A stretch of DNA of 58,666 nt from UHGV virus genome UHGV-1373577; one strand, 5' to 3'. Under the pieces are notes generated by a model that made no database searches, was not told the origin of the DNA, and saw only the letters and a program-made list of their open reading frames with translations. Source of the stretch: a virus. Position numbers and translations under genes: made by a program. Position 1 is the stretch's first letter. Each line of letters opens with the position of its first letter. This document shows, one piece after another, positions 56,621 through 58,666 of the stretch.

Positions 56621-57768
56621 GGCCTTTTACGCATACGTCGGCCTCGGATTGGTACTCATTAGACAAGCGTCGAATTAGCCTTTCACGCTGGGTTGAAACG
56701 ATTCGAAGCCGAATCGTCGCTGTACGGGGCCTAGAACGGCCCATACCCCTACCCCCAGGCAGTTACACCGACCGGGGTGAGTTAGGCCGCCAGCGTGGCT
56801 TACAGCGCGTCGGAGACCCATATGGGCCTGCCTCAGTACACACCCATGCACACGCACGCGCGCGTGATAGCACCATAGGGAGGAAAGTGCAAGGGTGAGT
56901 TTGTGTGCGGTGAGTCATGTGTCTTGACACAGTGTGTGTGAGCAAGGCAACAAATTAGTGGGAGTGCCCCATCGTTTCGATTTGGGGTAGGAGCTGCGTT
57001 CCGCCCACGGGGACCTTTCGTTGGCACCGTAGGGAAAGGTGCCGATAAGTACCGTTATGACAATTTACTTAGCAGACTATCTACATACCGGGGAGTTTTT
57101 GAGCGGGGCATTTTAGTGCGTGCGTGGGAGAAAATCAATGTGACGTCGCTCGCAGCCGGGCGAAGGCGAAATCGGATGCTCTCGACGACGGGGCGTGGCA
57201 CGCGGGTGTGAGGTCGCTCATCTTTCCCCGCACCCTACCCACCTAAACCCCCAACTTCCCTACTCGCCTAGCAGAGTGTCGACTGATCCGTCAAAACGGC
57301 CCTCCTCGCCTCCCGAGACCCAATATAAGTTTATGCACTCTTTTTATCCATGGCTGCATAAACGTGTTCCACGTCACGAGTACTAAACCAGCCCCTTCAG
57401 CCACACAAACCCCGCCCGTACCATAGGACTTCGGACCCATCACCCCGACCTACTCCAGCCATCTCAACGAAAAGTCCCCCTTAGGCCACCCTAAGAAAAT
57501 CCTGCATATTTCCTATGCACACCCATGCATAAAACCCTAATATTTCGGCCTTGTCCGCAATCTGAGATTTTCGCCGAATATGTCTACTGCGTCACACTTT
57601 TTTATCCACTCAACCCCCTCCTCTCCTCAGTACCTATCTGTTACTGGTGTGACTCCACATCATCAAACACACCCCATCAGCACCAAACATCTTGATTCCT
57701 CGAAGACAGTTACCCGTGCGGCCTGTGTGACTAAGCCCGACCGCAAAACCCCTCTCCACCATCATCAA

Positions 57769-58050
57769 GGGGGTGTCGATGCCTCCTAGGCCCCGAAACC
57801 CCGATACAACTTCTCTGTTTACTATGCGAACCCCTTCCTCCTCTTCTTTCGCCCCCTCCTCCTGAGCCCCGCCAGTCACAGCCCGGCCCTCAGCCCTTCC
57901 GCGCCCCGCCGACCCGGCCGTCCGCTTCAACGCCCTCTCCTCAAGGGCGGGGGTGTCGACAAACCCCCTTGACAGTCCGCCAACACCGGTTATAATCGCG
58001 CGCCCGCGCACGCGCGGTAATAAGAAGGAGAAGCCGGAGGGGGTGTCGAA
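57769..58050. promoter_or_regulatory. Three spaced copies of AAGGG(CG)GGGGTGTCGA upstream of gene 58089..58631. Candidate operator, pac or ori protein-binding sites.
   Basis: caagggggtgtcgat (57769), agggcgggggtgtcgac (57948), ggagggggtgtcgaa (58038). Confidence 0.35.
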
Positions 58051-58088
58051 CCCCGAAACGGGCAGGAACCTCGTGATATCCTCAAGTC

Positions 58089-58631
58089 ATGCGGATCGAG
58101 ATCAAGCCGCCCTCCGGCGCCACCCCGCCCCTTCGGCCCGGGGCGCTCGTGACCCTCCGTGTCGAGGCCGCCGACCCGGCCCCGCGAATCGACGGCCCGG
58201 TGTCGATCGCCTACGAGGGCCGCTACGCCCCCGCCAACAACCCCCCGGCCTTCCTGTTCCCGGAGAAGGACCCCGCCCCGGGGGTGTCGACCGCCACCAG
58301 CGCGGCATCCGATTTCCGCACCCCCGCCGCCACCCCCTCATCGCCCCATGTCGACATTCCCGCCCACGAGGGCGACACGATCACGGCGACCCTCATCACC
58401 GCACCCCCGAACGCCAAGACCTACAGCGCGGCCCTCAGGGCCCCGGCCCCCGGAAACAACCCCCACCAGCCCGTCGAGATGACCCTCGTAGAAGGCGGCG
58501 CTGCACCGCCCACTCCGCCGACGCCGGGGCCGGCGCCCGGGCTGACCATCACCCCCGACGACCCCGACGACCCCGACGTGCTCACCCTCGACCCCGCCCC
58601 CGGCAACGACAACATCGTCGTCGTGGGCTGA
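58089..58631 (+). CDS. Pro/Ala-rich hypothetical protein. Adjacent to the esterase-like gene if the genome is circular.
   Basis: 180-aa ORF. Contains sense-oriented GGTGTCGA copies, like other + genes. Weak RBS. Confidence 0.4.
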   Translation: MRIEIKPPSGATPPLRPGALVTLRVEAADPAPRIDGPVSIAYEGRYAPANNPPAFLFPEKDPAPGVSTATSAASDFRTPAATPSSPHVDIPAHEGDTITATLITAPPNAKTYSAALRAPAPGNNPHQPVEMTLVEGGAAPPTPPTPGPAPGLTITPDDPDDPDVLTLDPAPGNDNIVVVG

Positions 58632-58666
58632 GAAGGACCCCCGACGACCATGACGACGACGAACGA
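58632..58666. repeat. Third copy of the ~32-bp terminal/tandem repeat, matching nt 1-32.
   Basis: gaaggacccccgacgaccatgacgacgacgaacga versus ggacggcccccgaccatgacgacgacgaacga at nt 1-32. Confidence 0.6.

Noticed and set aside
1-58666. Integrase, excisionase or CI-like repressor, which would indicate a temperate prophage with attP. The 3' tRNA-like sequences could have been attP cores.
   Set aside because: No ORF with tyrosine- or serine-recombinase motifs or a repressor-like HTH plus peptidase was recognised. The tRNA-like elements are complete minihelices with their own 5' strands, in six copies, not a single attP core.

Overview
The window reads as a complete high-GC (about 66-68%) siphovirus-like dsDNA phage genome of roughly 58.6 kb from an actinobacterial host. 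Its two ends share a near-identical sequence of about 30 nt, which points to a circularised contig or terminal redundancy. All protein identities below come from motifs recognised by eye; no searches were run.

Layout on the + strand (about 48-28700):
- A Pro-rich ORF at 58089-58631, wrapping round into an SGNH/GDSL-esterase-like protein.
- A three-domain endolysin (NlpC/P60 peptidase, GH25 muramidase, three peptidoglycan-binding repeats).
- An r1t-type holin.
- A non-coding island carrying DnaA-box-like 9-mers.
- A glycerophosphodiester-phosphodiesterase (GDPD) protein.
- Small and large terminase, portal, protease/scaffold, HK97-like major capsid protein, head-tail connectors and major tail protein.
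- A tail assembly chaperone with a probable +1 frameshift extension, then a 1798-aa tape measure protein.
- Four distal/minor tail proteins and two membrane proteins.

Layout on the - strand (28754-55655), the replication/recombination and early block:
- RuvC-like resolvase.
- Three tiny translationally coupled membrane proteins.
- MazG-like protein, DUF3310-like protein, family-A DNA polymerase, HNH-like protein, primase/helicase.
- Three paralogous Bro-N proteins and a P22 antirepressor N-domain protein.
- SSB-like protein, RecA-like Sak4 ATPase, Cas4-like nuclease, SNF2-type helicase.
- About 25 small genes of unknown function.

A 2.4-kb non-coding region (55656-58088) carries a (GATGAT)n microsatellite, three 32-bp iterons, a G-run to C-run strand switch and three GGGGGTGTCGA sites.

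The most unusual signals:
- A family of six covarying tRNA-like minihelices (7-bp acceptor-like stem plus a T-arm with a TTCGA loop, but no anticodon arm). Each sits immediately after a stop codon in the - block.
- A strongly over-represented octamer, SGTGTCGA, co-oriented with transcription.

No integrase, repressor or canonical tRNA was found.
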